Shown: in pieces, positions 10,128-20,112 of the stretch | How the letters are laid out: the number at the start of each line of letters is the position of its first letter | How positions within the stretch are numbered: position 1 is the stretch's first letter | DNA from: Oscillospiraceae bacterium | Lineage (GTDB): Bacteria; Bacillota; Clostridia; Oscillospirales; Ruminococcaceae | Assembly: GCA_017435045.1 (NCBI GenBank) | Contig: JAFSFT010000031.1 | Location: 15,274-79,273 of the forward strand | DNA: 64,000 nt | Reading direction: 5' to 3' | The notes under the pieces: model-generated | Database searches by the model: none | Told to the model about the DNA's origin: nothing | The model's input: only the letters and a program-made list of their open reading frames with translations | Made by a program: the position numbers and the translations under genes

Positions 10128-10396
10128 ATCAGGAAAAGTATCTTGTAGCGTTTCTGAAAAAGAGAGCATTTCCGCGGCTGAAAGAAGTGCAGAAGCATAT
10201 AAGAGAAGTTCCCCTGACAGAAGCTTTGCTGAACAGCATCCGCTAATTAGGCATTGCCGTATTCCTTGCGTTAAAAGGTCTTGAGTGTCCGCATTGCTGT
10301 GCGGAAATTTGGGTGGTACCACGGAGTAAAAGTAAACTTCAAATGGAGTTATCGGTGCTTCGTCCCTTAATTATTTTAAGGGGCGAGGCTTTTTTA
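10128..10396 (+). promoter_or_regulatory. T-box leader (tRNA-Phe-responsive riboswitch) upstream of pheS-pheT
   Basis: Conserved T-box sequence AAATTTGGGTGGTACCACGG at 10304-10323. Terminator hairpin tcgtccctt/aaggggcga followed by CTTTTTT at 10358-10396. AGTA and AGAGA elements in the Stem I region. A UUC triplet at 10209-10211 lies on the 3' side of the putative Stem I internal loop. Located 47 nt upstream of pheS. Confidence 0.85.
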
Positions 10397-10442
10397 TTTA
10401 TACACCTTCGTCCCAATACTAAAAAGAAGGAGAAAACACAAA

Positions 10443-11462
10443 ATGAAACAGCAGCTTGAAAACATTCGCCTTTCATCACTTGAACAGATCGAAAAAGCAG
10501 CTACACCTGCAGAAATTGACGAAATCCGTGTTCGTGTTCTGGGCAAAAAAGGCGAAGTAACAGCCATCCTTAAACAGATGGGCAAACTTTCTGCAGAGGA
10601 AAGACCTGTTATGGGTGCTCTTGCAAACGAAGTAAGAGAAACAGTGGAAAACGCACTGGCAGAAAAACTTGTAAAAATCAAAGCAGAACTTATGGAAAAA
10701 CAGCTGGTAGAGGAAGAAATTGACATCACTCTCCCAGGCAACGAATTTGAAATGGGCAAACGTCACCCAATTCAGCTTGTTCTTGACGAACTCAAGGAAA
10801 TCTTCCTTGGCATGGGCTTCTCCATCGCAGCAGGCCCTGAAGTTGAACTGGACAAATACAACTTCGAAATGCTCAATATGCCAAAATCCCATCCGTCCCG
10901 TGACACACAGGACACATTCTATATCACAGAAAACATCGTTCTGCGCACACAGACTTCCCCTGTGCAGGTAAGAACAATGCTTGATCAGAAACCGCCAATC
11001 CGCATCATTGCACCTGGCCGTGTTTACCGTGCAGACGAAGTTGACGCAACACACAGCCCTCTCTTCCATCAGATTGAAGGTCTTGTTATCGACGAAAACA
11101 TCACAATGGCAGACCTTAAAGGTACACTGGAAGCATTTGTTAAGAATATGTTCGGCCCTGAAACAAAGGTTCGTTTCCGTCCACACCACTTTGCATACAC
11201 AGAACCAAGTGCAGAAATGGATATGACCTGCTTTAAATGCGGCGGCAAGGGCTGCCGTCTGTGCAAAGGCGAAGGCTGGATTGAAATTCTGGGCAGCGGT
11301 ATCGTAAACCCTGTTGTTCTGGAAAGCTGCGGCATCGACAGCACAAAATACTCAGGCTTCGCATTCGGTATGGGTCTTGAAAGACTTACAATGATGCGTT
11401 ACGACATTGACGATATGAGACTCATGTACGAAAACGACATGCGTTTCCTGTCACAGTTCTAA
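10443..11462 (+). CDS. pheS: Phenylalanine--tRNA ligase alpha subunit
   Basis: 339 aa. HPSRDTQDTFYI, RTQTSPVQVRTM, FRPHHFAYTEPSAEMD and GFAFGMGLERLTM are class II motifs typical of PheS. Confidence 0.95.
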   Translation: MKQQLENIRLSSLEQIEKAATPAEIDEIRVRVLGKKGEVTAILKQMGKLSAEERPVMGALANEVRETVENALAEKLVKIKAELMEKQLVEEEIDITLPGNEFEMGKRHPIQLVLDELKEIFLGMGFSIAAGPEVELDKYNFEMLNMPKSHPSRDTQDTFYITENIVLRTQTSPVQVRTMLDQKPPIRIIAPGRVYRADEVDATHSPLFHQIEGLVIDENITMADLKGTLEAFVKNMFGPETKVRFRPHHFAYTEPSAEMDMTCFKCGGKGCRLCKGEGWIEILGSGIVNPVVLESCGIDSTKYSGFAFGMGLERLTMMRYDIDDMRLMYENDMRFLSQF

Positions 11463-11476
11463 GGAGGTAATTTACA

Positions 11477-13864
11477 ATGGATGTATCACTTAACTGGTTA
11501 AAAGAATATGCACCTTTCGACTGCGACATAAAAACTTTTGCCGAAGATATGACAATGTCAGGCTCCAAGGTGGAAGTTTATTCAACAGAAAAAGACAAAA
11601 TCAGAAACGTTGTTGTGGGCAAAGTGGTTTCCCTCGACAAACACCCTAATGCAGACAAGCTTACAGTTTGCGGCATCGACATCGGCAGCGAAGAAATCGT
11701 TATCGTTACAGGTGCAAAAAACCTTACAGTTGGCGACCTTGTTCCTGTTGCTCTTGATAACTCTCTGCTTCCTTGCGGCAAGGAAATCCACGCAGGCGAA
11801 CTCCGCGGCGTAATGAGCAACGGTATGCTCTGTTCCCTTGGCGAACTTGGCCTTACAACACACGACTTCCCAAATGCCATCGAAGACGGCATTATGGTAC
11901 TGGACGAAGAATGGCCTCTTGGCACACCAATCGAAAAGGCACTTGGCATGGAAGACTATATGGTGGAATTTGAAATTACACCAAACCGTCCAGACTGCCT
12001 TTCTGTTCTCGGCCTTGCAAGAGAAGCAAGTGCAACTTTCAGTGTTCCATTCAACGAACCAAAGCCACAGATGCCACAGGGCGAAGATGATATCAACAAC
12101 TATCTCTCCGTAAAAATCAGCGACACAGACCACTGTATGCGTTACGCAGCAGCTATGATTAAAAACGTTAGGGTTAAACCATCCCCACGCTGGCTGCGTG
12201 AAAGACTGCGTGTATGCGGTGTTCGTCCAATCAACAACATCGTTGACATCACAAACTATGTAATGCTGCTTTACGGCCACCCAATGCACGCATTTGACCA
12301 CAAATATGTTAAAGGCAACCTCATTGATGTTCGTCTTGCAAAAACAGGCGAAGAAATCATGACACTTGACGGTGTACAGAGAAAGCTCAACGAAAATATG
12401 CTTGTTATCTCCGACAGCGAAGAACCAATTGCCATCGCGGGTGTAATGGGCGGCGAATATTCCGGCGTTTACGAAGACACAAATATGGTTGTTTTTGAAT
12501 CTGCCTGCTTTGACGGCCCTAAAGTAAGATATGCTTCCCGTCAGCTTGGTCTGCGTACAGAAGCTTCCGGCAAGTTTGAAAAAGGCCTCAACCCTGACAA
12601 CTGCTGGCCGGCTCTGGCAAAAGCTATGGAACTTGTTGTTGAACTTGACGCAGGTGATGTTATCGGCGGCGTAATCGACGTTTATCCATCTCCAAGAAGC
12701 GAAAGAAAAGTACCTCTTAACGCTGACAAAATCAACGAAATCCTCGGCACAGAAATTGCAAAGTCCGATATGGAAAAAACACTTGTTTCCCTCGGCTTCA
12801 AGGTGGAAGATGACACAGTTATCGTGCCGACACACCGCTACGATATTGCAAAAGATGCTGTTACACAGTACAACGACCTTGCAGAAGAAATTGCAAGAAT
12901 GTACGGCTACAACAAGTTGCCTTCCACAATTATGAAAGGCACAGCAACAGCACGCCTTACAGAACGTCAGAAATTTACAAAAGATGTTATCGGCTACCTT
13001 CTCGGCCTCGGTTTCTACGAAATCGAAACATTTTCCTTCTACTCTCCAAAGAACTTTGACCTGCTCAACGTTCCTGCAGATTCTTCCCTCAGAAACCCTG
13101 TTGTTATCTCCAACCCTCTTGGCGAAGATACATCTGTTATGAGAACAACAGCAGTTGCTTCCATGATGAACGTTGTACAGAGAAACTACAACAGCCGTAT
13201 CGAAGCTGTTTCCCTCTTTGAAAATGCAACAGAATACCATGTTGTAGAGGGCGAAGAACTTCCAAAGGAAGTTGAAAAATTCATTATGGCAGTTTACGGA
13301 CAGAACAAGGACTTCTTCTTCCTCAAAGGTGCAGTGGAAAAAATCCTCTGGGCACTCAATATAGAAGATGTTAAGTTTGTACGCAACAGGCAGAACACAA
13401 CATATCATTCGGGCCGCTGTGCAGACGTTGTTGTAAACGGTGCTGTTGTGGCTACAATAGGCGAACTTCACCCTGTAGTGCTTAACAACTACGGCATCAA
13501 GACAAAGGTTTGCGTTTGCGACCTCAACGGCGAAGAACTGTTCAAATATGTTGGCGGTGCAAGACAGTACAAACAGCTGGCAAGATTCCCTGCAGTAACA
13601 CGTGACCTTGCATTTGTATGCGACAAAGCTGTTGCAAACGGCGATATCATCGATATCATCAGGGAAAGCTGCGGCGAATACCTTGAAAGCGTAAAACTCT
13701 TTGACGTTTACACAGGCGACAGACTGGAAGCAGGCAAGAAATCCCTTGCATACAGCCTTGTGCTCCGTGACAAAAACGCAACACTTACAGATGCAGTTGC
13801 AGAACAGTGCACAGGTGCAATTTTGGATAATTTGAGAAAAATTGGTGTATTTTTGAGAACATAG
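11477..13864 (+). CDS. pheT: Phenylalanine--tRNA ligase beta subunit
   Basis: 795 aa. N-terminal tRNA-binding domain (VVGKVVSLDKHPNADKLTVCGIDIG), B3/B4, B5 and FDX-ACB C-terminus (FPAVTRDLAFVCDK...LFDVYTG). Follows pheS by 14 nt. Confidence 0.95.
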   Translation: MDVSLNWLKEYAPFDCDIKTFAEDMTMSGSKVEVYSTEKDKIRNVVVGKVVSLDKHPNADKLTVCGIDIGSEEIVIVTGAKNLTVGDLVPVALDNSLLPCGKEIHAGELRGVMSNGMLCSLGELGLTTHDFPNAIEDGIMVLDEEWPLGTPIEKALGMEDYMVEFEITPNRPDCLSVLGLAREASATFSVPFNEPKPQMPQGEDDINNYLSVKISDTDHCMRYAAAMIKNVRVKPSPRWLRERLRVCGVRPINNIVDITNYVMLLYGHPMHAFDHKYVKGNLIDVRLAKTGEEIMTLDGVQRKLNENMLVISDSEEPIAIAGVMGGEYSGVYEDTNMVVFESACFDGPKVRYASRQLGLRTEASGKFEKGLNPDNCWPALAKAMELVVELDAGDVIGGVIDVYPSPRSERKVPLNADKINEILGTEIAKSDMEKTLVSLGFKVEDDTVIVPTHRYDIAKDAVTQYNDLAEEIARMYGYNKLPSTIMKGTATARLTERQKFTKDVIGYLLGLGFYEIETFSFYSPKNFDLLNVPADSSLRNPVVISNPLGEDTSVMRTTAVASMMNVVQRNYNSRIEAVSLFENATEYHVVEGEELPKEVEKFIMAVYGQNKDFFFLKGAVEKILWALNIEDVKFVRNRQNTTYHSGRCADVVVNGAVVATIGELHPVVLNNYGIKTKVCVCDLNGEELFKYVGGARQYKQLARFPAVTRDLAFVCDKAVANGDIIDIIRESCGEYLESVKLFDVYTGDRLEAGKKSLAYSLVLRDKNATLTDAVAEQCTGAILDNLRKIGVFLRT

Positions 13865-13933
13865 GATATTTCTATTGAATTAAAATCCAAAATAATGTAC
13901 AATATAATATAGCAAATAAAGGAGGGATGTAGG

Positions 13934-14176
13934 ATGAACGACGCAACAGCTGTTTTTTCTGTACACAACGAAAAAGAACTTGAAATCAGACAAATTTTAA
14001 AAGAAGTGTATGAGGCTTTGAAGGAAAAAGGCTATAATCCTATCAATCAGATTGTTGGATATATCCTCTCCGAAGATCCAACCTACATCACTACACACCA
14101 GGGTGCAAGAAACAAAATCAGAAAACTTGACCGTGATGATATTCTTCAGTGCGTACTTAAATATTATCTGGCATAA
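13934..14176 (+). CDS. ireB: IreB/UPF0297 family regulatory protein (YrzL-like)
   Basis: 80 aa. EVYEALKEKGYNPINQIVGYILSEDPTYITTHQGARNKIRKLDRDDIL matches the YrzL/IreB core as I recall it. Strong RBS aaaggaggg. Confidence 0.8.
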   Translation: MNDATAVFSVHNEKELEIRQILKEVYEALKEKGYNPINQIVGYILSEDPTYITTHQGARNKIRKLDRDDILQCVLKYYLA

Positions 14177-14218
14177 ATTCTGAATTTTGCGGCACCAGAA
14201 TAAAAGGAGGTAATCCCG

Positions 14219-14497
14219 ATGGACACAAAAGTGACCTATAAAGGACTGCCACTTGTAAGAAACAACAATGAAATTTATTACGGTGACCCGTCAAAAGAAT
14301 ACATTGTGTATCTTAATGTTGTAAGCACTAAACAAGTGGATGGGCAAGAAATTGCCGACAAGGTGCAGGTAGCTCTCATCTCCACCGACACAAGCCTTGA
14401 TTTTATGCAGAGAATTAAAAAACAGGGCGTAAAAAGCGGTTTGTATGACGCACTTGATGTAGGCGGCGTATGGCTCAAAAGCACTTTGAACAATTAA
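14219..14497 (+). CDS. Small hypothetical protein (92 aa)
   Basis: Strong RBS aaaaggagg 7 nt upstream of the ATG. Followed by a clean terminator. I recognise no family. Confidence 0.6.
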   Translation: MDTKVTYKGLPLVRNNNEIYYGDPSKEYIVYLNVVSTKQVDGQEIADKVQVALISTDTSLDFMQRIKKQGVKSGLYDALDVGGVWLKSTLNN

Positions 14498-14507
14498 ACA
14501 AATGCAA

Positions 14508-14540
14508 AAAGGCTGTTCAGACGGACAGCCTTTTTTGTTT
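14508..14540 (+). terminator. Rho-independent terminator
   Basis: GGCTGT (14511-14516) / ACAGCC (14525-14530) followed by TTTTTT. Confidence 0.65.
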
Positions 14541-14561
14541 GCAGTTTCAGACAATTGCACA

Positions 14562-14600
14562 CAAAAGCAAAAAGACAGGGACGGCATTGCCGTCCCTGTC
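14562..14600 (-). terminator. Rho-independent terminator of the malQ operon (minus strand)
   Basis: On the minus strand: GACAGGGACGG-caatg-CCGTCCCTGTC followed by TTTTTGCTTTTG. Confidence 0.7.
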
Positions 14601-14642
14601 TTTCGGTTTAACCCCACAAAAGTAAATTTATGGAGAGGTTTT

Positions 14643-16127
14643 TTATTTTGCCCTGCCGTAAAGCTGGGTTTTGTGCAGCAGTTTCTGTGCCAGAGCACTG
14701 TCAAAGCTGCCTTTCTTTGCACGCCACAGCCAGTTTGTGCCAACGGAAGATGGTGTATTCATCCTTGCCTCGCTGCCCAGTCCCAGCAAATCCTGGAACT
14801 GAATAATGCTTGTATCGGCATTGCTGGTCATAAGTGCACGTATCATGCCCCAGTTATAGCCTTCGGTTTCGTTGAGACCAAGGAACTCTTTTGCAAAAGC
14901 AATATCTTCAGGATAAGCACTTTCAATCCAGCCGCAGGCTGTATCGTTGTCGTGCGTGCCTATGTAGGCAATACTGTTTGCAGGATGCTTCCATGGCAGA
15001 TATTCGTGGCTGTTTTCATCCCTTGTATCAAATGCAAACTGCAATACCTTCATTCCCGGAAAACCGCTGTCGGACAGCAGTTGTTTTACAGTATCTGTCA
15101 GATAGCCAAGGTCTTCGGCAATGATAGGCTGGCGGCCGATGGATTTTTCCACTGCATTGAACAGCTTCATACCCGGGCCCTGCTTCCACACGCCGTTTTT
15201 GGCGGTGGTATCGCCGTAAGGGATTGCATAATAGGTATCAAAGCCACGGAAATGGTCAATTCGCAGCACATCATAAACGCTGCACAGATATTCAATGCGT
15301 TTAATCCACCATTTATAACCTGTCTTTTCGTGATAATCCCAGTCATACAATGGGTTGCCCCAAAGCTGACCGTCGGCAGAAAAGCCGTCAGGCGGACAAC
15401 CCGCAACCTCTTTAGGTGTACGGGTTTCGTCCAGCTGGAACAGTTCAGGATTGCTCCACACGTCAACGCCGTCAAGGGAAACGTAGATTGGCAGGTCGCC
15501 TATAACCTTGATGCCCTTGCTGTTGATGTATCCAAGCAGGCTGTGCCACTGTTTAAAGAAGATGTACTGTACTGTTTTCCAGAAATTTACTTCTTCTGCA
15601 TAGGTTTCGCGGGCGGCATTGAGCGCAGCTTCCTCGCGGTTGCGGATGGCAGGCTGCCAGTTGTACCACGGTGCACCGCCAAGGTTCTTTTTCAAAGCCA
15701 TAAACAGTGCGTAGTCATCCAGCCAGAATGCGTTTTTCCCGCAGAAAGCGTCAAATTCTTTGTCGGGATTCTGCCAGAAGCGTGCTGCCGCTTTTTTAAG
15801 TATAGGATAACGGTTCTGATACAAAGCACCGTAATCCACTTTTTCGGGGTCACTGCCCCAGAACATCTCATCAATCTCTGCCTTTGTCAGCAGACCTTCC
15901 TCGCACAGAGTGTCAAGGTCGATAAAATAAGGGTTACCTGCGTTGGTAGAGTAGGACTGATAAGGGCTGTCGCCATAGCCGGTAGGGCAGATTGGCAGCA
16001 GCTGCCAGTAGCTCTGTCCTGCCAGAGCGAGAAAATCGGCAAATTCACGGGCAGTTTTGCCCATGCTGCCTATTCCGTAAGGAGAAGGTAAAGAGGATAT
16101 GTGCATTAAAATACCATTGCTCCTCAT
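14643..16127 (-). CDS. malQ: 4-alpha-glucanotransferase (amylomaltase, GH77)
   Basis: 494 aa. MRSNGILMHISSLPSPYGIGSMGK..., LRIDHFRGF, IIAEDLG, GTHDNDT are GH77 catalytic blocks. Confidence 0.95.
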   Translation of the reverse strand: MRSNGILMHISSLPSPYGIGSMGKTAREFADFLALAGQSYWQLLPICPTGYGDSPYQSYSTNAGNPYFIDLDTLCEEGLLTKAEIDEMFWGSDPEKVDYGALYQNRYPILKKAAARFWQNPDKEFDAFCGKNAFWLDDYALFMALKKNLGGAPWYNWQPAIRNREEAALNAARETYAEEVNFWKTVQYIFFKQWHSLLGYINSKGIKVIGDLPIYVSLDGVDVWSNPELFQLDETRTPKEVAGCPPDGFSADGQLWGNPLYDWDYHEKTGYKWWIKRIEYLCSVYDVLRIDHFRGFDTYYAIPYGDTTAKNGVWKQGPGMKLFNAVEKSIGRQPIIAEDLGYLTDTVKQLLSDSGFPGMKVLQFAFDTRDENSHEYLPWKHPANSIAYIGTHDNDTACGWIESAYPEDIAFAKEFLGLNETEGYNWGMIRALMTSNADTSIIQFQDLLGLGSEARMNTPSSVGTNWLWRAKKGSFDSALAQKLLHKTQLYGRAK

Positions 16128-16157
16128 AAGATATCACATCCTTTTGATTTGAGATTA

Positions 16158-17252
16158 TTAGTGACAGATAATATTTGTTGTCTCTTTGTCGAACACGTGG
16201 ATTTTGCCTGTGTCGATAGCAAGAGTTACTGTTGTATCTTCGCTGAATTCGTAGCGTGCAGGAATTCTTGCAAGCATTTTCTGACCATAAGCGTCAAGAT
16301 AGAGGTAGTTTTCGCTGCCCATCATTTCCATATGGTTGATAAATGCTGTGTATTCTGCAGGTTCGCCAACGTGTGCAGCACTGTTTGCGTGGATGTCTTC
16401 AGGACGTACGCCCATAACAACTTCCTTGCCGATGTAAGCTTCCAGCTCAGGTTTGTTTACGCTGATGCGGCTGTCGCCGAATACCAGAACCTGACCTTCA
16501 GCAGCTTTTTCCACTGTAACGTTCAAAAAGTTCATCTGTGGAGAGCCGATAAAGCCTGCAACAAACATATTGCATGGGTAGTTGTAAAGGTTCTGTGGTG
16601 TGTCAAACTGCTGTACAAAACCGTCTTTCATAACAACGATTCTGTCGCCCATTGTCATAGCTTCAGTCTGGTCGTGTGTTACGTATACAAATGTTGTTTC
16701 AAGACGTTTGTGCAGTGCAGCAATCTGACTGCGCATTTCTGTTCTCAGTTTTGCGTCAAGGTTGGAAAGTGGTTCGTCCAAAAGGAAAACTGCAGGTTTT
16801 CTAACCATTGCACGGCCCAGAGCAACACGCTGACGCTGACCGCCGGAGAGAGCCTTTGGTTTTCTGTCAAGGTATTTTTCAAGCTCAAGGATTTTTGCAG
16901 CTTCGTTAACCTTTTTGTCAATTTCTTCCTGTGGTTCTTTACGCAGTTTAAGTGCGAAAGCCATGTTGTCGCGAACTGTCATATGTGGATACAAAGCATA
17001 GCTCTGGAAAACCATTGCAATGTCTCTGTCCTTTGGTGGAACAGTGTTAACCACTTTGTCACCGATGATAAGTTCGCCGCTTGATACGTCTTCCAGACCT
17101 GCAATCATACGCAGTGTTGTGGATTTACCACAGCCGGAAGGACCAACAAGCACGATGAATTCCTTGTCCTTGATTTCAAGGTTCAAGTCTGGTACAACGG
17201 TTACGCCGTTGTCATATGTTTTTACCACGTTTTTAAATGTGATACTTGCCAT
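16158..17252 (-). CDS. Sugar ABC transporter ATP-binding protein (MsmX/MalK type)
   Basis: Start moved to [13 protein letters not shown] (cat at 17250-17252, RBS aggagga upstream). [35 protein letters not shown], plus a C-terminal TOBE-like domain. Confidence 0.9.
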   Translation of the reverse strand: MASITFKNVVKTYDNGVTVVPDLNLEIKDKEFIVLVGPSGCGKSTTLRMIAGLEDVSSGELIIGDKVVNTVPPKDRDIAMVFQSYALYPHMTVRDNMAFALKLRKEPQEEIDKKVNEAAKILELEKYLDRKPKALSGGQRQRVALGRAMVRKPAVFLLDEPLSNLDAKLRTEMRSQIAALHKRLETTFVYVTHDQTEAMTMGDRIVVMKDGFVQQFDTPQNLYNYPCNMFVAGFIGSPQMNFLNVTVEKAAEGQVLVFGDSRISVNKPELEAYIGKEVVMGVRPEDIHANSAAHVGEPAEYTAFINHMEMMGSENYLYLDAYGQKMLARIPARYEFSEDTTVTLAIDTGKIHVFDKETTNIICH

Positions 17253-17268
17253 TTGAATTATCCTCCTG

Positions 17269-18279
17269 TTAGAGTTGTTTTGTACTTTCACCGACAATTA
17301 TACTGAAAGGCACTGTCTCATACACAACGCCTGCACCGTTGTCGATGGTGTCCAGCAGAATTTCTACGCTTCGCTGGGCAATTTTTTCCCTGTTCTGTTT
17401 TATTGTGGTAAGCTTTGGAGAGATAAATTCTCCAAGCTCCAGTCCGTCAAAGCCAACAACCGATATATCTTCCGGCACTTTTCTGCCACTGTCCTTTATG
17501 GCACGTATAGCACCCACTGCCATCACGTCAGACATTGCAAAAACCGCTGTAATCTGCGGCATCTTCTGCAAAAGCTGCTGCATTGCACTGTAGCCGTCTG
17601 ACATTCCGAATAAGGATTCGATATACTGCTTTTCGCTGCTGAAAGGAACATTGTGGCTTTCAAAGGCTTCTTTGCAGCCGATGTATCGTGTATAGGCAAC
17701 CTTGGAGTTTTCTATGTGACCGCCCAGAATGCCGATTTCTCTGTGACCATTTTCAATAAGATGGCTTACAGCGGCTTTTGCGGCCTCGGTGTCGTCTATA
17801 GACACACTGGAAAGATTGGTATACTCCAGGCTCCGTGCGGAGTTGGTTACAAGCACACAGGGAATATGTATAGCCTGAAACCTTTTCTGGAAATAGCTGA
17901 GGTTGCAGCCCAGGAACATAATGCCCACAGGTCTGCGTTCGGTGCATACACGCACAGCAGTTTCAACCTCGTTTTCCATTTCGTTGATATAGTAAATAAG
18001 ACAGGCAAGACCTTTTTCTCTCAGCATACCCTGCATCTGTTCCACAATAGGTGCAAAAAGCATATTCTGGGAACCTTTTACGATGATGGCAATACCGTTT
18101 GAGACCTGCTGTTTTAAGTGTTTTGCATTGCTGTTGAGTTTGAAGTGATGTTTTTCCACCACTTCCATAATCTTTGCACGGGCGGTGTCGGACACATCGG
18201 GATGATTGTTGAGTACGCGGGAGACAGTTCCCACCGCATATCCCGATTCCCGTGCGATATCCTTTATGGTTATTGCCAT
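17269..18279 (-). CDS. LacI family transcriptional regulator
   Basis: [37 protein letters not shown] is a LacI-type HTH, followed by a periplasmic-binding-protein-like sensor fold. Confidence 0.9.
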   Translation of the reverse strand: MAITIKDIARESGYAVGTVSRVLNNHPDVSDTARAKIMEVVEKHHFKLNSNAKHLKQQVSNGIAIIVKGSQNMLFAPIVEQMQGMLREKGLACLIYYINEMENEVETAVRVCTERRPVGIMFLGCNLSYFQKRFQAIHIPCVLVTNSARSLEYTNLSSVSIDDTEAAKAAVSHLIENGHREIGILGGHIENSKVAYTRYIGCKEAFESHNVPFSSEKQYIESLFGMSDGYSAMQQLLQKMPQITAVFAMSDVMAVGAIRAIKDSGRKVPEDISVVGFDGLELGEFISPKLTTIKQNREKIAQRSVEILLDTIDNGAGVVYETVPFSIIVGESTKQL

Positions 18280-18282
18280 GGA

Positions 18283-19128
18283 TTAGCCTTTAACAGCACC
18301 TGCTGCAACACCCTTGATGATATGTTTCTGACCTGCAAGGTAAACGATAACAATCGGAATAACTGTAAGCATAATACATGCCATCATAGGACCCATTTCA
18401 ACACGGCCGTAACTGCCACGGAAGTACTGAATGAGCATTGGAATTGTTCTGTATTTTTTGATGTCCAGAACAAGTGTAGGAAGCAGGTAGTCGTTCCATA
18501 CCCACATTGCTTCAAGGATACCAACAGAAACCATTGTAGGCTTGAGCATAGGCATAACAATCATAAAGAATGTCTGGATTGGGTTACAGCCATCAATCAT
18601 GGAAGCTTCTTCAACTTCCAGAGGAATAGACTTCATAAAGCCTGCAAACATAAATACTGCAAGGCCTGCACCGAAGCCGAGATAGATAACCCAGATGTTC
18701 CAAGGTGTGTTCAGGTCAAGCATATCAGCTGTCTGGGACAGTGTAAACATAACCATCTGGAAAGGAACAACCATGGAGAATGCAAACAGGAAGTAAAGGC
18801 CCTGTGCAAATTTTGTTTTAACTCTTGTTATGTACCAGGAGCACATTGCGCAGAAGAGAAGAATTGCAGCAACGGAAGTAACTGTGATAAACAAGCTGTA
18901 GCCAAGGCTCTTGAGGAAGCCCTGTGCATTGATAGCGTTTACATAGTTTGCAAGACCTGCAAATGTTTCTGCTGTAGGAAGCTGGAATGCTGTGTTTGTG
19001 CTGATTGCACGTTCATCTTTAAGGGAGTTGAACAGAATCATTACAATTGGGTACATATAAAGGATAGACAAAATACCAAGGATAACAGACCATATAGCAT
19101 TTGATCTTTTTTCTTTTGCTTTTTTCAT
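18283..19128 (-). CDS. Carbohydrate ABC transporter permease (MalG-like)
   Basis: 281 aa, 6 TM. EAA-type loop EEASMIDGCNPIQTFFMIVMPMLKP. Its start overlaps the upstream permease stop by 1 nt. Confidence 0.9.
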   Translation of the reverse strand: MKKAKEKRSNAIWSVILGILSILYMYPIVMILFNSLKDERAISTNTAFQLPTAETFAGLANYVNAINAQGFLKSLGYSLFITVTSVAAILLFCAMCSWYITRVKTKFAQGLYFLFAFSMVVPFQMVMFTLSQTADMLDLNTPWNIWVIYLGFGAGLAVFMFAGFMKSIPLEVEEASMIDGCNPIQTFFMIVMPMLKPTMVSVGILEAMWVWNDYLLPTLVLDIKKYRTIPMLIQYFRGSYGRVEMGPMMACIMLTVIPIVIVYLAGQKHIIKGVAAGAVKG

Positions 19129-19979
19129 TACTGCTGAACCTCCTTGGATCTTGTTGCTTTAAGCTGTGCAAAGCTGATTACAACAACCAGCAGACAGAAC
19201 AGAACAGCTTTTGCCTGACCAAGACCTTTCCACTGCAGGCCTGCGCGTGCGTAGAATGTCTGGTAGATGTTGAGGGCAAGCATTTCTGTAAGGTGGTTTG
19301 GTTCACCGCCTGTAAGAGCAAGGTTCTGGTCGAACAGCTTAAAGGAGTTTGTAAGTGTAAGGAATACACATACTGTGATGGAGGACATAATCATAGGCAA
19401 TTTAACCTTCCAGAATGTCTCCCACTGTGTAGCACCGTCAATCTGTGCTGCTTCAATAAGGTCTTCAGGTACGTTCTGTAAACCTGCGATGTAGATGATC
19501 ATCATATAACCAATCTGCTGCCAGGCTGTGAGGATGATGATGCCCCAGTAGCCTGCCTGACTGTTGAGAGCCAGCAGAGGCTGTCCAACAAGCGCGAGCA
19601 CGCAGTTGATAAGAATCTGCCAGATATAACCCAATACGATGCCGCCGATCAGGTTTGGCATAAAGAATACTGTACGGAAAATGTTTGTGCCTTTGATATT
19701 GCGTGTAAGCAGCAGAGCAAGGCCAAGAGCAATAACGTTGATAAGCACAATTGCCACAACAGCATATTTAACAGTAAAGCCAAAGCTGTGCAGAAAAGCT
19801 TCGTCAGCGAAAACTCTTGTGTAGTTGCTTATGCCCACCCATTTGGCATTTTTAACCGTTGTAAACTGACAGAAGGAAAGATACAATCCTTCAAAGAACG
19901 GAACAATAAAGCCAATTGTAAATGCAAGCAATGTTGGGAGCACAAATATCGGAGAATATTTCTTTACCGCTTTTTCCAT
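19128..19979 (-). CDS. Carbohydrate ABC transporter permease (MalF-like)
   Basis: Start moved to MEKAVKKYSPIFVLP. EAA loop LIEAAQIDGATQWETFWKVKLPM. Confidence 0.9.
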   Translation of the reverse strand: MEKAVKKYSPIFVLPTLLAFTIGFIVPFFEGLYLSFCQFTTVKNAKWVGISNYTRVFADEAFLHSFGFTVKYAVVAIVLINVIALGLALLLTRNIKGTNIFRTVFFMPNLIGGIVLGYIWQILINCVLALVGQPLLALNSQAGYWGIIILTAWQQIGYMMIIYIAGLQNVPEDLIEAAQIDGATQWETFWKVKLPMIMSSITVCVFLTLTNSFKLFDQNLALTGGEPNHLTEMLALNIYQTFYARAGLQWKGLGQAKAVLFCLLVVVISFAQLKATRSKEVQQ

Positions 19980-20009
19980 AAAAACGCTCCTCTCAATGAA
20001 ATTTACTTT

Positions 20010-20051
20010 TATAAAAACAAACAGAGACAGCAAGGTGTCTTGCCGTCTCTG
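20010..20051 (-). terminator. Intra-operon hairpin/attenuating terminator after the SBP gene
   Basis: On the minus strand: CAGAGACGGCAA-gacacc-TTGCTGTCTCTG followed by TTTGTTTTT. Lies between the SBP stop (20113) and the permease start (19979). Confidence 0.6.
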
Positions 20052-20112
20052 CGATTTTTAAATTATTAATTTATTAGTAATTAAATTTGCCAGTAATAAC
20101 TTAATATTTTAA

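Noticed and set aside
11582-13471. Very long antisense ORFs: 629 aa opposite pheT. Similar cases are 5135-6277, 14502-16091, 16149-17084, 18118-19104, 34961-36301, 36887-37948, 47845-48882, 49554-50489, 50493-51383, 53429-54442 and 60190-61311.
   Set aside because: Their translations are Cys/Phe/Val/Asn-rich nonsense with no motifs. They lie exactly opposite genes with clear homology or strong codon bias. The sense-strand preference for gca/aca/gtt/gaa codons removes stop codons from the antisense frames. They are treated as artefacts.
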